Positions 17,668 through 28,610 of a stretch of 64,000 nt of DNA are shown here, piece after piece. The translations under genes were made by a program, and so were the position numbers. The stretch spans positions 1 to 64,000 of the forward strand of contig CAWIEK010000048.1 of the NCBI GenBank assembly GCA_963835065.1. The letters are read 5' to 3'. The notes beneath the pieces were generated by a model. That model saw nothing but the letters and a program-made list of their open reading frames with translations. It did no database searches and had not been told where the DNA came from. This stretch comes from an uncultured Chthonomonadaceae bacterium (GTDB lineage: Bacteria; Armatimonadota; Chthonomonadetes; Chthonomonadales; Chthonomonadaceae). Numbering within the stretch: position 1 is the stretch's first letter; every line of letters begins with the position of its first letter.

Positions 17668-19440
17668 TTCTTCTTTCTGCCGTCATGGGGACAGCATTGG
17701 CGCAGGGCGGCAAACCGACTGTGACTGCAAAGCCGACGGCGACTGTAACGTACAAGGATGTGCAGGCGGTTTTGAAGGCGCGGTGCGTGGTTTGCCATAG
17801 CCAGCAGATGGTTGGTACGCCCGTTGTGTCGGGCGGGCTGGCATTGGATACCTACGCGGCGATCAAAAAGGGCGTGGCGACGGACAAGGGCACGCGTCCG
17901 ATTCTCATCGCGGGCAAAAGCGACGACAGCGAGTTCATTAAGAGGCTGGTGGCGACGAGTCCGACGAAATTGATGCCCAAAGGCGGGCCGGCCTTGCCCC
18001 CCGCGCAGATTGCGCTGCTTAAAAAGTGGGTGGAGGGGGGAGCGCCGGGACCGGCGGGCGAGGAAGCCGTTGCAAATCCCGGCGCGGCGGTTTTGCCCAT
18101 GCCCGCGCTTGTCGGGACGCAGGACGTGAGTTTGAAAACGCGGATTGCGCTGGCCGCGGATGTGTTGGGCAAAGCCACGCCGAAAAATCCGGTTCTGGCG
18201 TTTGCGCTGAAAATCGGGCCGTTGCCGCCCCTTACCGCCCTTGCCTTTTCCCCGGATGGCAAGCATCTCGCGGTGGGCGGGTATCGCGCCGTGACGTTGT
18301 GGGATATGGTGACCGGCAAGCCGTTGGGCGTCTTGACAGGATTATCCGGGCCGGTGCAGGCGCTCGCGTTTCGTCCCGATGGGATGCAGCTTGCGATTGG
18401 GAGCGGCAATCCCGGCATTTCGGGTGACGTAAAGGTTGTGGACGCCAATACCTTGCAGTCGGCAGGGCCGATGCTGACAGGGCATACGGATGTTGTGTTC
18501 GGCGTGGCGTGGAACAGCAAGGGAACGCTGCTGATTACGGGCAGTCAGGACAAAACGGCGCGGATTTGGGAGTGGCCGAGCGGCAAAACGAAACTCACTC
18601 TCAAAGACCATTCCGATGCTGTGACTAAAGTGTGCTTCGCGCCGGATGACAAGTCTGTTTACACGGCGAGTCTGGATCACAACGCCCGCCGCTTCGATGT
18701 CAATGACGGCAAAGTGATGCGCGTGTTTACGGGACACAGCGACGGCATTACCGCGCTGGCTATCAACCCCAAAGGCGACCGGATCGTAACGGCGGGGCCG
18801 GAACCGGAACTTCGCTGGTGGAACGCCGACACGGGCGATGTGGCGAGTCGGCAGGGGGGGCATGGCGGGCCGGTCAACGATATTGCGTTCAGCAAGGACG
18901 GCAAACTTGTCGCGTCGGGTTCCGCCGATCATGCGGTTCGCCTGTGGGACGGCAACAGCACAGGCGGAATGCGAACGCTGGAAGGCGCGAATGACTGGAT
19001 ATACGCCACCGCCATCAGCCCGGATGATAAGTTGGTGGCGGGCGCGAGCGCAGACGGCATTACCCATATTTGGGACGCGCAAACCGGACGGCTGCGTATT
19101 TCGCTGGCCGCCTGGCCCCCGTCAGGAAAGTCTACGCTCATAGAATACGCCGCAATCACGCCGGAAGGCTATTTCGATGCTTCGCCCGCCTGGGCCGCGC
19201 GCCTGCGCCCGCAGCTTGCCGGCACGGACACGCCCTTGCCGAAACTCGCAAGTTGGGTGCAGACCCTGCGGCAGCCGGAAAACGTCGTCAAAGGCTGGCA
19301 GAACGCGAGCGCTGGAACCCGCCAAAATCGAGCCGCCTAAAACGATTGTACCTGCGCCTGCCAATCCTCCGGCAAAAACCGCCCTGCCTGCGTCCGCGCC
19401 TGCGAAAACAGATGTAAAGGCTCCTGTCAAAAACAAATGA
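17472..19440 (+). CDS. Planctomycete-type cytochrome c domain + WD40 repeat protein (start uncertain, one frameshift near 19310)
   Basis: CVVCH heme motif, MPKGG and about 7 WD40 repeats. The Pro-rich C-terminus continues in the 19177..19440 frame, whose stop overlaps the next ATG. Confidence 0.88.
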
Positions 19441-22400
19441 AAGGCTTACGCCCCAACATACCAACTCCTCTTCTGCTCCTCTTCCTGACAATGTTATCGG
19501 CCTTTGTGTCCGGCAGGGTGCAGGCCGAGCCTAATTTGCCGTATGGGTGGGGCGGCGCAGGTGGAGGACAGGGGCAGACGCTGCAGTTGCCGCCGCTCAG
19601 TCGGTGGACGGTTGGCGGCTCCCTCGCGGTCAGTCAGGGCGCGAACGGCGCGGTGCTGCGCGTGACGAATGGCGACTGGGGGCATTGCTGGGTAGAAGGC
19701 TCTATTGATGTGGATGCCTTTCCCTACCTGGCGCTGTGGGTTTCCGAAGCAGGGCAGGATGGATACTGGACACTGACCGTCAACGATCCCGCCGAACACA
19801 AGATTCAGGAAGGCAACACCGGCGTCGGACTGCATGTGTACGATTTGCGCCAGAATCCGGGCTGGCATGGCGTCAAGAAGTTCCGCATTTATCTGACGGC
19901 AACGGGCCGAGGCAAAACCGTTGGGGTACAGGATATAAAGCTGTTCGCCCGTTCGCCACTGGAAAACAGTGGGGATGCATCGCCCGCGCTGGTTTCCTGG
20001 GGCGGCATGAACAATGCGCGAACAACGGCGACCGCAGGCGAAGTGTCTGTCGCGCTGGCAAAAACGTCCGGGGATACCTGGGGCGGGCTGAACAGCAAAG
20101 TCAGCGTGGATGTGGATCGCTATCCGTTTCTGGAAATGGATGTGGCGCGGCTTGCTCCCGGTACGCGCTGGCGCATCGAGGCCGGAACTGCCATCACGGG
20201 GCCGGAAAGCCGGAATACGGGAACCATAGCCATCAACTACCGAGACGCCAATCGCTGGCACGGCAGGCATGATCTTGAATTTCGTTTGATTGTCCTGGGT
20301 TCTCGGAGCGAAGCGCAGTTTACGAACCTGCGCCTGGTTCCCTATCCGTCCGCTTCCGCCGCGCTTGTCCGGCTTGCCGAAAAGCCCGTTTCCGAGGCCG
20401 CGCCCGCCGCTTCCGACTTGCAGACCGGCGATTACAGCCTGCGCTACAATTCCGAGCAAAGCGTTTTCACTATTCAGAAAAAGGGCGGAAAGTCGCTGCT
20501 GCTGACGCGATTTTGGGAAACGCCGGGGCTGAACCTGACGCCTGCCACGTCCGGCGACATACACAAAACGCAAAATGCGGAGGGGGCGCAAATCACGTTT
20601 CATCGGAAGGTCGGCCCGCTGGATTACGAGGTGAAGGCGGACACGACTGCGGCTGCGCCGGGACTGCTGCATTGGAAAGTTTCCGCGACGGCAACGGAAA
20701 TTACCACGCTGGAAGCCTGCGGGCATGAGCTGGCCTACGCGCCGCCTGCCAAAGATACCCACGCGCATCTGCGCCGCGTGTTCACAAATTTTCTGTGCGC
20801 CAACGGGCTTGCGTCTGCGATTGCGCCGGATGTGGGAACCGTGCTGTATTTGCAGAACTACACGGCGCTGAATCCACTTTTCGAGCGTACGCGCATGGCT
20901 CCGCGCCTGCTTGTCGGCATGAGCGACCGTACACTCGGCTGCGCGCTTCCTCTGAGCGGCGATGTTAAAATCACGCCCGGAACGACGCTGGTTCTGGCCG
21001 ATACGTATGTGTATCTGTCGCCGAGTGAGGCCGAAGACAGCGTGACGCAGGCAGCCACTTTCGTCGCAGGACTGTCCGCTATCTACGACCATCTGCCTGA
21101 CAAGCCTGCCACCGCCTATCATGACTGGCGCGGCCTGGCGCAGACGTCCTTGAAAGATATAAGTCGGCCTGAGTGCTGGGGCGTTGTGAACGGCAGCGGC
21201 TATCTTCAGCCCTATCTGGAATTGAAGGGCAAAGTCGCGCAATTGACTTCGCTGGCCGATACGCTGTACCCCTTGTTGCGGTATCAGCAGCTTACGGGCG
21301 AAGACACGATTGCGGGACGGCTGCACGGCGGGCTGGCAAACTTTTGGCGCGACAATCCGGGCCGTATCAGCGAGTTCGCGCAGCCCGGCGAGCATACGTG
21401 GTGGCATCTGGAGTACCATGTCAACCTGTGCCGCGCCGCGCTGTTGGGAGACAGCGCGGCAAAAGACCTGTGCCTGAAGGCCGCGCCCAATATCATCAAG
21501 CTGGCGCATGACACGCATTACACCTTTGAGCGTGCCGACATCATGCCGTTTGAAAACGAAATGGCCTCCGTCTATGCGCTGTACATGATGCTTGCCCACG
21601 AACTGTCGCCTGAACCACAATTTTTGGAAGAAGCGAAAAGCGCGGCGGCGCATTTCAGGCAGTGGAGCGTGGATGCAACGCGCGAAATCTTCTGGCCCGC
21701 CGAAGGCTGCGAGGCGCTGGCGCGATTATACGAAGCGACCCGGGACAAGCAGTACATTGATCTGAGCCTGATTCCGCTGGCGTCCATCCTGCGCAATACA
21801 TGGCTCTGGCAGTGTGAGTACGGCCATGCCCGACCCTATCAGACTTTCTGGGGGCTTAACGCGGACGGCAGCGGCATTGATTACATCGCGGCTATGGAAC
21901 AGCATCAGGCGTGGTACTGCCTGCGGCAATACTACCTGCGCTTGAAAGACCTTTTGCCTGCAAGCGCGAAAAACCTTGTCACGGAAGCGATTCGCTATAT
22001 TCCCGGCACAGTCTGGTACAGCTATCCGATGAACCTGCCCACGAATTCACTGTATCAGGGCGAAACGTTCTGGAAAAGCATCAACCACTTCGACATGGCG
22101 ATTCCGGTTGAAGATGTCAACGATGGCTGGCGCAAAAACGCTTCTGTCGGGCAGGAATTATACGGCGCGGGAGCCGTTTTCAACATTGTTAATGAGATGT
22201 ATACGCGCGTTCCACAGGCCGGTTTGACGATTTACTGCGAGTATCCCCTGCTGCAAGTGGAGTGGGATGCGCCCCATAAAGTGCTGCTGCTGCATATTGG
22301 GGGCGTGGCGCAGCATAAGGCGCTGTGCGAGTTGAGCCTGGACGAGAAAATATGGCAGGGCAAAACACCGGACCAATTTAAGGTCGAGGTGGCGCCCGCC

Positions 22401-22502
22401 AACAAGCCGCAAACGTTTCAAACCCTGCCTGCTTCCTCCATCAAATCAACTTTGCGGGCGGAAATTCCGGGCGAATCCCTGCTGAGAATTGTTCTGCCAT
22501 GA
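19437..22502 (+). CDS. Large exported protein with two N-terminal carbohydrate-binding-like repeats and a probable (alpha/alpha)6 glycoside-hydrolase-like domain
   Basis: Signal peptide, repeated IDVDAFPYL/VDVDRYPFL...W.G units and a helical aromatic-rich C-terminal half. It has ATGA overlaps at both ends. Confidence 0.55.
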   Translation: MKGLRPNIPTPLLLLFLTMLSAFVSGRVQAEPNLPYGWGGAGGGQGQTLQLPPLSRWTVGGSLAVSQGANGAVLRVTNGDWGHCWVEGSIDVDAFPYLALWVSEAGQDGYWTLTVNDPAEHKIQEGNTGVGLHVYDLRQNPGWHGVKKFRIYLTATGRGKTVGVQDIKLFARSPLENSGDASPALVSWGGMNNARTTATAGEVSVALAKTSGDTWGGLNSKVSVDVDRYPFLEMDVARLAPGTRWRIEAGTAITGPESRNTGTIAINYRDANRWHGRHDLEFRLIVLGSRSEAQFTNLRLVPYPSASAALVRLAEKPVSEAAPAASDLQTGDYSLRYNSEQSVFTIQKKGGKSLLLTRFWETPGLNLTPATSGDIHKTQNAEGAQITFHRKVGPLDYEVKADTTAAAPGLLHWKVSATATEITTLEACGHELAYAPPAKDTHAHLRRVFTNFLCANGLASAIAPDVGTVLYLQNYTALNPLFERTRMAPRLLVGMSDRTLGCALPLSGDVKITPGTTLVLADTYVYLSPSEAEDSVTQAATFVAGLSAIYDHLPDKPATAYHDWRGLAQTSLKDISRPECWGVVNGSGYLQPYLELKGKVAQLTSLADTLYPLLRYQQLTGEDTIAGRLHGGLANFWRDNPGRISEFAQPGEHTWWHLEYHVNLCRAALLGDSAAKDLCLKAAPNIIKLAHDTHYTFERADIMPFENEMASVYALYMMLAHELSPEPQFLEEAKSAAAHFRQWSVDATREIFWPAEGCEALARLYEATRDKQYIDLSLIPLASILRNTWLWQCEYGHARPYQTFWGLNADGSGIDYIAAMEQHQAWYCLRQYYLRLKDLLPASAKNLVTEAIRYIPGTVWYSYPMNLPTNSLYQGETFWKSINHFDMAIPVEDVNDGWRKNASVGQELYGAGAVFNIVNEMYTRVPQAGLTIYCEYPLLQVEWDAPHKVLLLHIGGVAQHKALCELSLDEKIWQGKTPDQFKVEVAPANKPQTFQTLPASSIKSTLRAEIPGESLLRIVLP

Positions 22503-24706
22503 AAAATGTAACCTTCAAACTTTTCGCAGTCTTTTTGCTGGTCTTATGCGCCGGCACTCAGGCGCAAACGTCGTTTCCGATGCTGGGCGGTGTGTATCCG
22601 ATGGGAGTGCAGCGGGGCAAGACGGCGGACATAACGGTCACTGCGGGCGGCAATGGCGGCGCGAATTTGTATGGCGCGTACAAGGTATCCGTAGAAGGCG
22701 CGGGCGTGAAGGCGGACGTGATTGCGCCCGAAAAAGGCTGGCCGGAAAAGCCCAAACCCGACCCGAAAGACCCGGCAAAAGTATGGGCGCTGCCGGGCGT
22801 GGGAGAAGTCAAACTGCGCATTACGGTTGCGCCGGACGCGCCGCTCGGCCCGCGCGAACTGCGAATCGCTACGCCGCGCATGGGATTGTCTACGATTGGC
22901 ATGATCGTGGTCAGCGACGATCCTCAGATTTTGGAAGTGGAGCCGAACAACGATGTGGCGCATGCGCAGGCGGTAACGCTGCCCTGCGACGTGAACGGAC
23001 GCATCGGGCAGGCCGAGGATGTGGACAGCTACAAGTTTACTGTCAGCGCGGGGCAGGAAGCCACTTTTGTCGTACAGTGCGCCCGGATGCAGGACAAAAT
23101 TCACGACTTGCAGGAACACGCCGATCCCGTTTTGATCCTGCGCGATGACAAGGGCGTGGAAATCGCTCGCAACGACGATTATTACCGGGCCGACCCCCTG
23201 CTGCATTACAAATTCGACAAAGCCGGCGCGTACATCCTGCAAATTCGGGATGTGAATTATCAGGGCAACGGCTTCTGGATGTACCGCCTGAACATGGCTT
23301 CGCGGCCCTATGTGGTGGCTGCGGTTCCCTGCGCCGTAAAGCCCGGACAAAGCGCCGATCTACATATTTCCGGCTTCGCGCTCAATGGCGCGACAACCGC
23401 GCATGTGGACGTTCCCGCCAACACGCCCCCCGGCATCTGGACAACCCCGCTCAAAGTCGGCGGCCAACTGTCCAATCCCGTTCCTCTGCTTGTCACCGAC
23501 ACGCCGCAGGTCGTCGTGGAAAGCAAACCGGAAACCCAAGCCGCAACTACGCCTGCGTCGGCTGCAAAAACTGTCGCTCTCAACTCTCAACCCTCAACGA
23601 ACAACCCTTCATCCCTCATCCTTCATCCTTCATCCTTGCGTTTGCCCAGCGGCGTCAACGCAACGCTGCTGGCAACCGGGCAGATTGACCGTTATACCTT
23701 TACGGTGAAAAAAGGAACGGCGTGGGGCTTTGAGGTCACATCACGACGGCTGGATTCTGAAATGGATTCGGAATTGAAACTGCGGGATGCGAAGGGCAAT
23801 GTGCTGATCGCCAACGACGATGCGTTCGGCAAAGACTCGCGCATTGATTGGAGTTGTCCCGCGGACGGCGAGTATTCCATCGAAGTGCGCGACCTGACCG
23901 GGCACGGCGGGCCAACCTACTTTTACAATCTGAGCGCTACGCCCCTGCGCCCCGACTTCAGCCTGAAATGCGATGATGACCGCGCCATGATTTCACCCGG
24001 CAACCGAACCGCCTGGTTTGTGATTGTGGAGCGGAAGTACGGCTTTGGAGGCGATGTTGCCGTAGAGGTAAAAGGGTTGCCCGCAGGGGTCACGGCTTCG
24101 TCCCTTACGCTTCCCGCCACCATGACGCAGGGCGTTGTGATACTATCTGCCGCGCCGGACGCCAAAATAGACATGGCAATGGCGCAAGTCGTAGGCACGG
24201 CGCAATTGCCGGGCGCGGACGGCAAACCCGCAGCCGTCACGCGCATTGCGCATCCGCTTTCCGAAATCTACCTGCCCGGCGGCGGCCGGGGCTTGCTGGA
24301 AGTGAACACGCAGGGCGTTGCCGTTACGGAGCAAAACGATTTGGAAGTGTCGGTCGCCAATCCCAATGTGACTATCAAGCCCGGTGAAACCGTGAAGGTT
24401 GACGTAACAATCAAGCGCCGCGCCGATTACACCAAGCCCGTCACGCTCGATCTGCGCGTCAATCATCTTGGCGGCATTTTCACCAATCCCCTGCCGCCGG
24501 GTATCACGGTGGAAGACGGCGCGACCATTCCCGAAGGCAAGACAACGGGTACGCTGACCATCAAAGCCGCCCCGGACGCCAAACCTATTGCCAACTGGCC
24601 TCTGGCGGTTATGGCGAATTCCAGCGTGAATTTCGTCATGAAGGTGTGGTACGCCGCGCCCCTGACGCTGACCGTTCCCGTCCCGCCCCCTCCCGTGAAG
24701 AAGTGA
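22499..24706 (+). CDS. PPC (pre-peptidase C-terminal) domain protein of DUF1549/DUF1501 clusters
   Basis: YPMGVQRG, EVEPNND, DVDSYKF, two ARNDD/IANDD PPC repeats and IVERKYGFGGDV. Confidence 0.9.
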   Translation: MKNVTFKLFAVFLLVLCAGTQAQTSFPMLGGVYPMGVQRGKTADITVTAGGNGGANLYGAYKVSVEGAGVKADVIAPEKGWPEKPKPDPKDPAKVWALPGVGEVKLRITVAPDAPLGPRELRIATPRMGLSTIGMIVVSDDPQILEVEPNNDVAHAQAVTLPCDVNGRIGQAEDVDSYKFTVSAGQEATFVVQCARMQDKIHDLQEHADPVLILRDDKGVEIARNDDYYRADPLLHYKFDKAGAYILQIRDVNYQGNGFWMYRLNMASRPYVVAAVPCAVKPGQSADLHISGFALNGATTAHVDVPANTPPGIWTTPLKVGGQLSNPVPLLVTDTPQVVVESKPETQAATTPASAAKTVALNSQPSTNNPSSLILHPSSLRLPSGVNATLLATGQIDRYTFTVKKGTAWGFEVTSRRLDSEMDSELKLRDAKGNVLIANDDAFGKDSRIDWSCPADGEYSIEVRDLTGHGGPTYFYNLSATPLRPDFSLKCDDDRAMISPGNRTAWFVIVERKYGFGGDVAVEVKGLPAGVTASSLTLPATMTQGVVILSAAPDAKIDMAMAQVVGTAQLPGADGKPAAVTRIAHPLSEIYLPGGGRGLLEVNTQGVAVTEQNDLEVSVANPNVTIKPGETVKVDVTIKRRADYTKPVTLDLRVNHLGGIFTNPLPPGITVEDGATIPEGKTTGTLTIKAAPDAKPIANWPLAVMANSSVNFVMKVWYAAPLTLTVPVPPPPVKK

Positions 24707-24717
24707 CAGGGAGGGAG

Positions 24718-24829
24718 TAGCCGCAAATACACGCAAATAGACGCAAATGAGAAAATCCCTGTACCGATGAACATCTATCGGCGACTGCAATTCTACTCAT
24801 TTGCGTGTATTTGCGTGTATTTGCGGCTA
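24718..24829. repeat. Decamer-repeat palindrome (GCAAATACAC)n between convergent genes, probably acting as a terminator
   Basis: TAGCCGCAAATACACGCAAATAGACGCAAATGAG...CTCATTTGCGTGTATTTGCGTGTATTTGCGGCTA. Confidence 0.9.
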
Positions 24830-24877
24830 AAACTGCCTTTACGAAGCGGCAGACTTGGAGACAGGATCCTTCAGGCT

Positions 24878-27031
24878 TCAGGTGGCGTTCGGATTCTCCG
24901 GCAGGGCTATGTCACAGGCGAAAGCGCTCCCCTCCATAAGTATTTCGGTTGGCGCGTGGGCGGCTGTGAGCGGCGCAGGCTGGCCGTTGCCGACGGAAAC
25001 AATCGTTTCGTCCGCGTGGCTTCCCTGGCCGTTGGTGGCTCCCAGAGAGTAGGCTTCGGCATGGCCCGTCTGCCCATTTTTGGGGGGCATGGGCACGGCA
25101 GGCGCGTTCACCGCTTCCGCAAGCGTTCCCTGCCCATCGCGCGCAACGGTAGATGTTCCCTGTCCATCCCGCACAACCGTAGGATTTCCCTGTCCATCGC
25201 GCTCTTCCACGCGAACGGATTGTCCATCCATCGGCGCTGACGCCACGATGGGACTGACAGCCTGCGCGATTGCCGCCTGTTGGGGCGGCGCTTCCGCTAT
25301 CGCGGCCTGATTGCTCGGAGGAATAGCCGGCAATGGGTTTGAAGTTGAAGTCGAGGGCGACGACTGGCTCTCGTTTTCCTGTTGCCGCACGGTAACGATG
25401 TGCTGGAAACTTTCACGCAGGGCCGGCAGATACTCAATTAGCGCGCTCAGGTCTTTCTTGGGAACGCTCAACACGTCCAGCGGATCCACGGCGCGAATCG
25501 TGGCCGTGCGCGTAGTCTGGTTCAGCAGCGCCATTTCGCCGAAGAATTGCCCGTCTTTCAAAGTGACGATCTTGCGCGCTGCGCCGTCGTCCATCCGAAT
25601 CACATCGCAGGTTCCCTTTTTGATGATGTACAAGCGGTCGCCAATGTCACCCTGATTGAACACCACCTGGCCGGGTTCGTAATGCTCCTCTACCACGCCC
25701 CGCGTTTCTTCCAGGCGCAATTCTACAATGTCCTGCGGCAAAACCTGCGCCATCAGCCAGGCACATGCCGTGCGAACCTGGCGGTCCCAGCCCGGCATCT
25801 TCATCAGATACACGGCTCGCCACATCAGCCAGGCCACAACGCCGTGCAGCTTGAAGCCGAATATCTGCGCCACAGCGGAATGGTGGCCGAGCGCGCCCAT
25901 GTTCCCCAATCCCTTGAAGCCGAACGTTTTTTTGCGCGCCTTGCGTATCGTCGCCACAATGTTGTAAGCGCACACATCCCCCTGGCGCACGGCATGCTGC
26001 GCGGTCGGCGGGCAATGCGTGGCCCCCGTCGGATCGTTGGGATCGGGAATAGCCGCGCAGTCGCCAATGGCCCAGATATGATCGCTGTCCTTCACTTGCA
26101 GGGAACTGTCGGTGAAAACGCGGTGGCGCTTGTCTTTGGGCAGGTTCAGTTTTTCGATGATCGGGTTCGGGCTGCTCGGCACGGTGGAAACAAGCGTTCG
26201 CGTGGGGATACCTTTAATCTCTTCGGTATCTTTCGTTTTAACAATGGCTTCCGTTCCCGTTGCCGCCGTCAGCAGGGTTTTAAAGCGTATATCCACGCCG
26301 CTATGTTCCAAAACCTGCCGCGCCAAATCCCGCAGGCTGGGAACCAGTTGCTCCAAAATGGTTTCGCCGGAATGGAGCAAAATAATGCGTACATCATTGG
26401 GCTTGATGTTGCGGTAGGTGTGCAGTGTGCCGCGCACCAGGCTGTTGATTTCCGCCACGCACTCCACGCCGCTCCAGCCGCCGCCCGCCACGACAAACGT
26501 GAGCAACGCCTGCTTCACAAACGGGTCTTCTTCAATGGACGCTTCTTCCAGCGCGTGAATCACGCGATGGCGCAGGCGCAGCGCGTCCTCCATTGTTTTG
26601 AACGGGAGAGCGTGCTGCGTCAGCCCGGTCATGCCCCGGAAGTCGGTGACATTGCCCAATGCCAGCACAAGGTAATCGTAATCTATCAGGTGCGGCACGG
26701 GCACAATGCCGGGACTGGCCGTAATCACCTTGTTTTCCAGATCAATGTGTTCGATGTCGCGCACCAGAACGCTGGTTTTGCGCAGCAGTTGCCGCAGTGG
26801 GCTGACGGTATCGAACACGCCGACGTTGCCGGAAATGATTTCGGCCAGCATCGGCTGGTAGACGAAATAGTTTTCGCGGTTGATGAGAATAATTTCGTAG
26901 TCATCGTGCCAGGAAAGCAACTTTTCCAGCCGCATGGCCGCGTACAGGCCACCGAAGCCGGCTCCCAAAATCACGATGCGCTTTTTGTGAGTAATAACCG
27001 TTGGGTCATGGGCAGGAATTTGTGTGTGCAT
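24878..27031 (-). CDS. Type II NADH dehydrogenase-like FAD oxidoreductase fused to a cyclic-nucleotide-binding domain and a low-complexity tail
   Basis: GAGFGG, YQPML, GGGWSGVE, WAIGDCA and PPTAQHA, followed by VFNQGDIGDRLYII...FFGEMALL...RTATIRA. Confidence 0.9.
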   Translation of the reverse strand: MHTQIPAHDPTVITHKKRIVILGAGFGGLYAAMRLEKLLSWHDDYEIILINRENYFVYQPMLAEIISGNVGVFDTVSPLRQLLRKTSVLVRDIEHIDLENKVITASPGIVPVPHLIDYDYLVLALGNVTDFRGMTGLTQHALPFKTMEDALRLRHRVIHALEEASIEEDPFVKQALLTFVVAGGGWSGVECVAEINSLVRGTLHTYRNIKPNDVRIILLHSGETILEQLVPSLRDLARQVLEHSGVDIRFKTLLTAATGTEAIVKTKDTEEIKGIPTRTLVSTVPSSPNPIIEKLNLPKDKRHRVFTDSSLQVKDSDHIWAIGDCAAIPDPNDPTGATHCPPTAQHAVRQGDVCAYNIVATIRKARKKTFGFKGLGNMGALGHHSAVAQIFGFKLHGVVAWLMWRAVYLMKMPGWDRQVRTACAWLMAQVLPQDIVELRLEETRGVVEEHYEPGQVVFNQGDIGDRLYIIKKGTCDVIRMDDGAARKIVTLKDGQFFGEMALLNQTTRTATIRAVDPLDVLSVPKKDLSALIEYLPALRESFQHIVTVRQQENESQSSPSTSTSNPLPAIPPSNQAAIAEAPPQQAAIAQAVSPIVASAPMDGQSVRVEERDGQGNPTVVRDGQGTSTVARDGQGTLAEAVNAPAVPMPPKNGQTGHAEAYSLGATNGQGSHADETIVSVGNGQPAPLTAAHAPTEILMEGSAFACDIALPENPNAT

Positions 27032-27266
27032 AATCTCTGAACTTCCTTACCGGGAATGGGCAGGCGTTGCCTGTTCTATGAACATACCAGTCGCGCGAAA
27101 AATTCCATTCCATTAAAACAAGATTGTGTTTCCATTGAAAATATCGAAAACAAAGGCGTTTGCGGATAGTTCCAATGGAAACAGAGTTGTTTGCAGAGTT
27201 GTTTTTCAGTTCGAAACCTGCAGGGAACGCCTGCCGATACAGGAAGTGATGCGACGCGCGGCAAGT

Positions 27267-28538
27267 CTACTGAAACGTGGGATGGGGCACTTTGGTCAGA
27301 AGGTACAAAATGGGCAGTACCGCCAAAATCGCCACCACGATTGCTGTGACAAACGCCCGCGTCACGGCCACATCCGTTTGTTTCGCCTGCACCGATTGCG
27401 AAACTTTGGTCTGCATCTTTCCAAACTCGCTGGACAGGTTATTGGAGAACAGCACCACCAGGAAAGCGGCTATCGGATACAGGTGCGGAATTTCCGCCCA
27501 TCCAAAGTCCATCACCATCAGCTTGGTGAACACGTACACCATCATCAGGCACCAGACGCGGCAGAACACGCCCACCATCAGCAGGAAGCCGGTAAGCACT
27601 TCCGCAATCGCAAAGCCCAGTATCCAACATTCGCGCTGGTGGGATTGTACGTAAGCCAGCGTGGCGGCGGGGTGTTTGGGGTCTACCCACGCGCCATGCC
27701 CCGTGCCGTACCAGAACATTTGAATCATCGGGTCGTGCATAACGGCGGGGAAATTGTCCGCCACGCCCACGGTCAGGTAATAGTTGTAGATTTTCATCCA
27801 GCCCAGGGCGAAGAAGCCGAATCCCAGCACGATGCGAACCCAGCGCATTTGTTCGGGCGTGACGCTGGTAATCGCCTGCTTCCACGAATCCCAACTTGCG
27901 GAAACGTAGACGACGGCGACGGTCAGAACGGGCAGCACATCAACGGCGATTTTCCAGTCAAAGGCGAACAGCAGGTAGATAAAGGTGCCGAAGATAGTCG
28001 CGCCGCCGAGAGGCAGGAAGCTTTGCGTCAGAATGCCGATTGCCATCACGACCTGCACGATCTGAAACAGAAAGCGCGTTTTGGGTTCCAGCGGGTAACT
28101 GGGCATGACCAAGGCATTGTTGGCGGCGGAAAACATCAGCACGAGGGCGGGGCAACGCAGGAAAAACACCACGACCCACTTGCTCAGGGCGGTGAACTTG
28201 GGAGCGCGAACGGGCTTATCGAACACGAAAGCGGCCGCATACTCCACGTAGTCCTGCAATTGCAGGCCCACGCGGGGGAAAATGCGGTCAATGATAAAGT
28301 TGTAAATCGGTTCCCGCAAGAACCAGATAAACAGCATGGCAGCCATCATAATGATGACGCGGGTGGCGATGTTGAGCATGTCGCCATTCAGCGTTGCGAA
28401 GAACTTTTCGTCCACCGGCCATTTGGCGGCATGGGGAATGAACCGCTCATGGGCCAGGGCCGCGCCGGGCAGCAGCAGCAGCATGGCGGCAATCCAGGCG
28501 GTTCGTTTTCCAGAGCGCAGGCGCATAACAATATCCAT
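27267..28538 (-). CDS. DoxX-like multi-pass membrane protein with signal peptide (mature N-terminus HERF)
   Basis: AAGGAG RBS, ALA|HERF, about 10 TM helices and RIVLGFGFFALGWMK...AEVLTG...EIPHLYP, resembling duplicated DoxX halves. Confidence 0.65.
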   Translation of the reverse strand: MDIVMRLRSGKRTAWIAAMLLLLPGAALAHERFIPHAAKWPVDEKFFATLNGDMLNIATRVIIMMAAMLFIWFLREPIYNFIIDRIFPRVGLQLQDYVEYAAAFVFDKPVRAPKFTALSKWVVVFFLRCPALVLMFSAANNALVMPSYPLEPKTRFLFQIVQVVMAIGILTQSFLPLGGATIFGTFIYLLFAFDWKIAVDVLPVLTVAVVYVSASWDSWKQAITSVTPEQMRWVRIVLGFGFFALGWMKIYNYYLTVGVADNFPAVMHDPMIQMFWYGTGHGAWVDPKHPAATLAYVQSHQRECWILGFAIAEVLTGFLLMVGVFCRVWCLMMVYVFTKLMVMDFGWAEIPHLYPIAAFLVVLFSNNLSSEFGKMQTKVSQSVQAKQTDVAVTRAFVTAIVVAILAVLPILYLLTKVPHPTFQ

Positions 28539-28610
28539 CAGGTCACTCCTTGACAGGGTTGCCGAAGGGGCAAAACAGAAATCAAGTGAAAACAAGCGCA
28601 GGCGGGCAGA

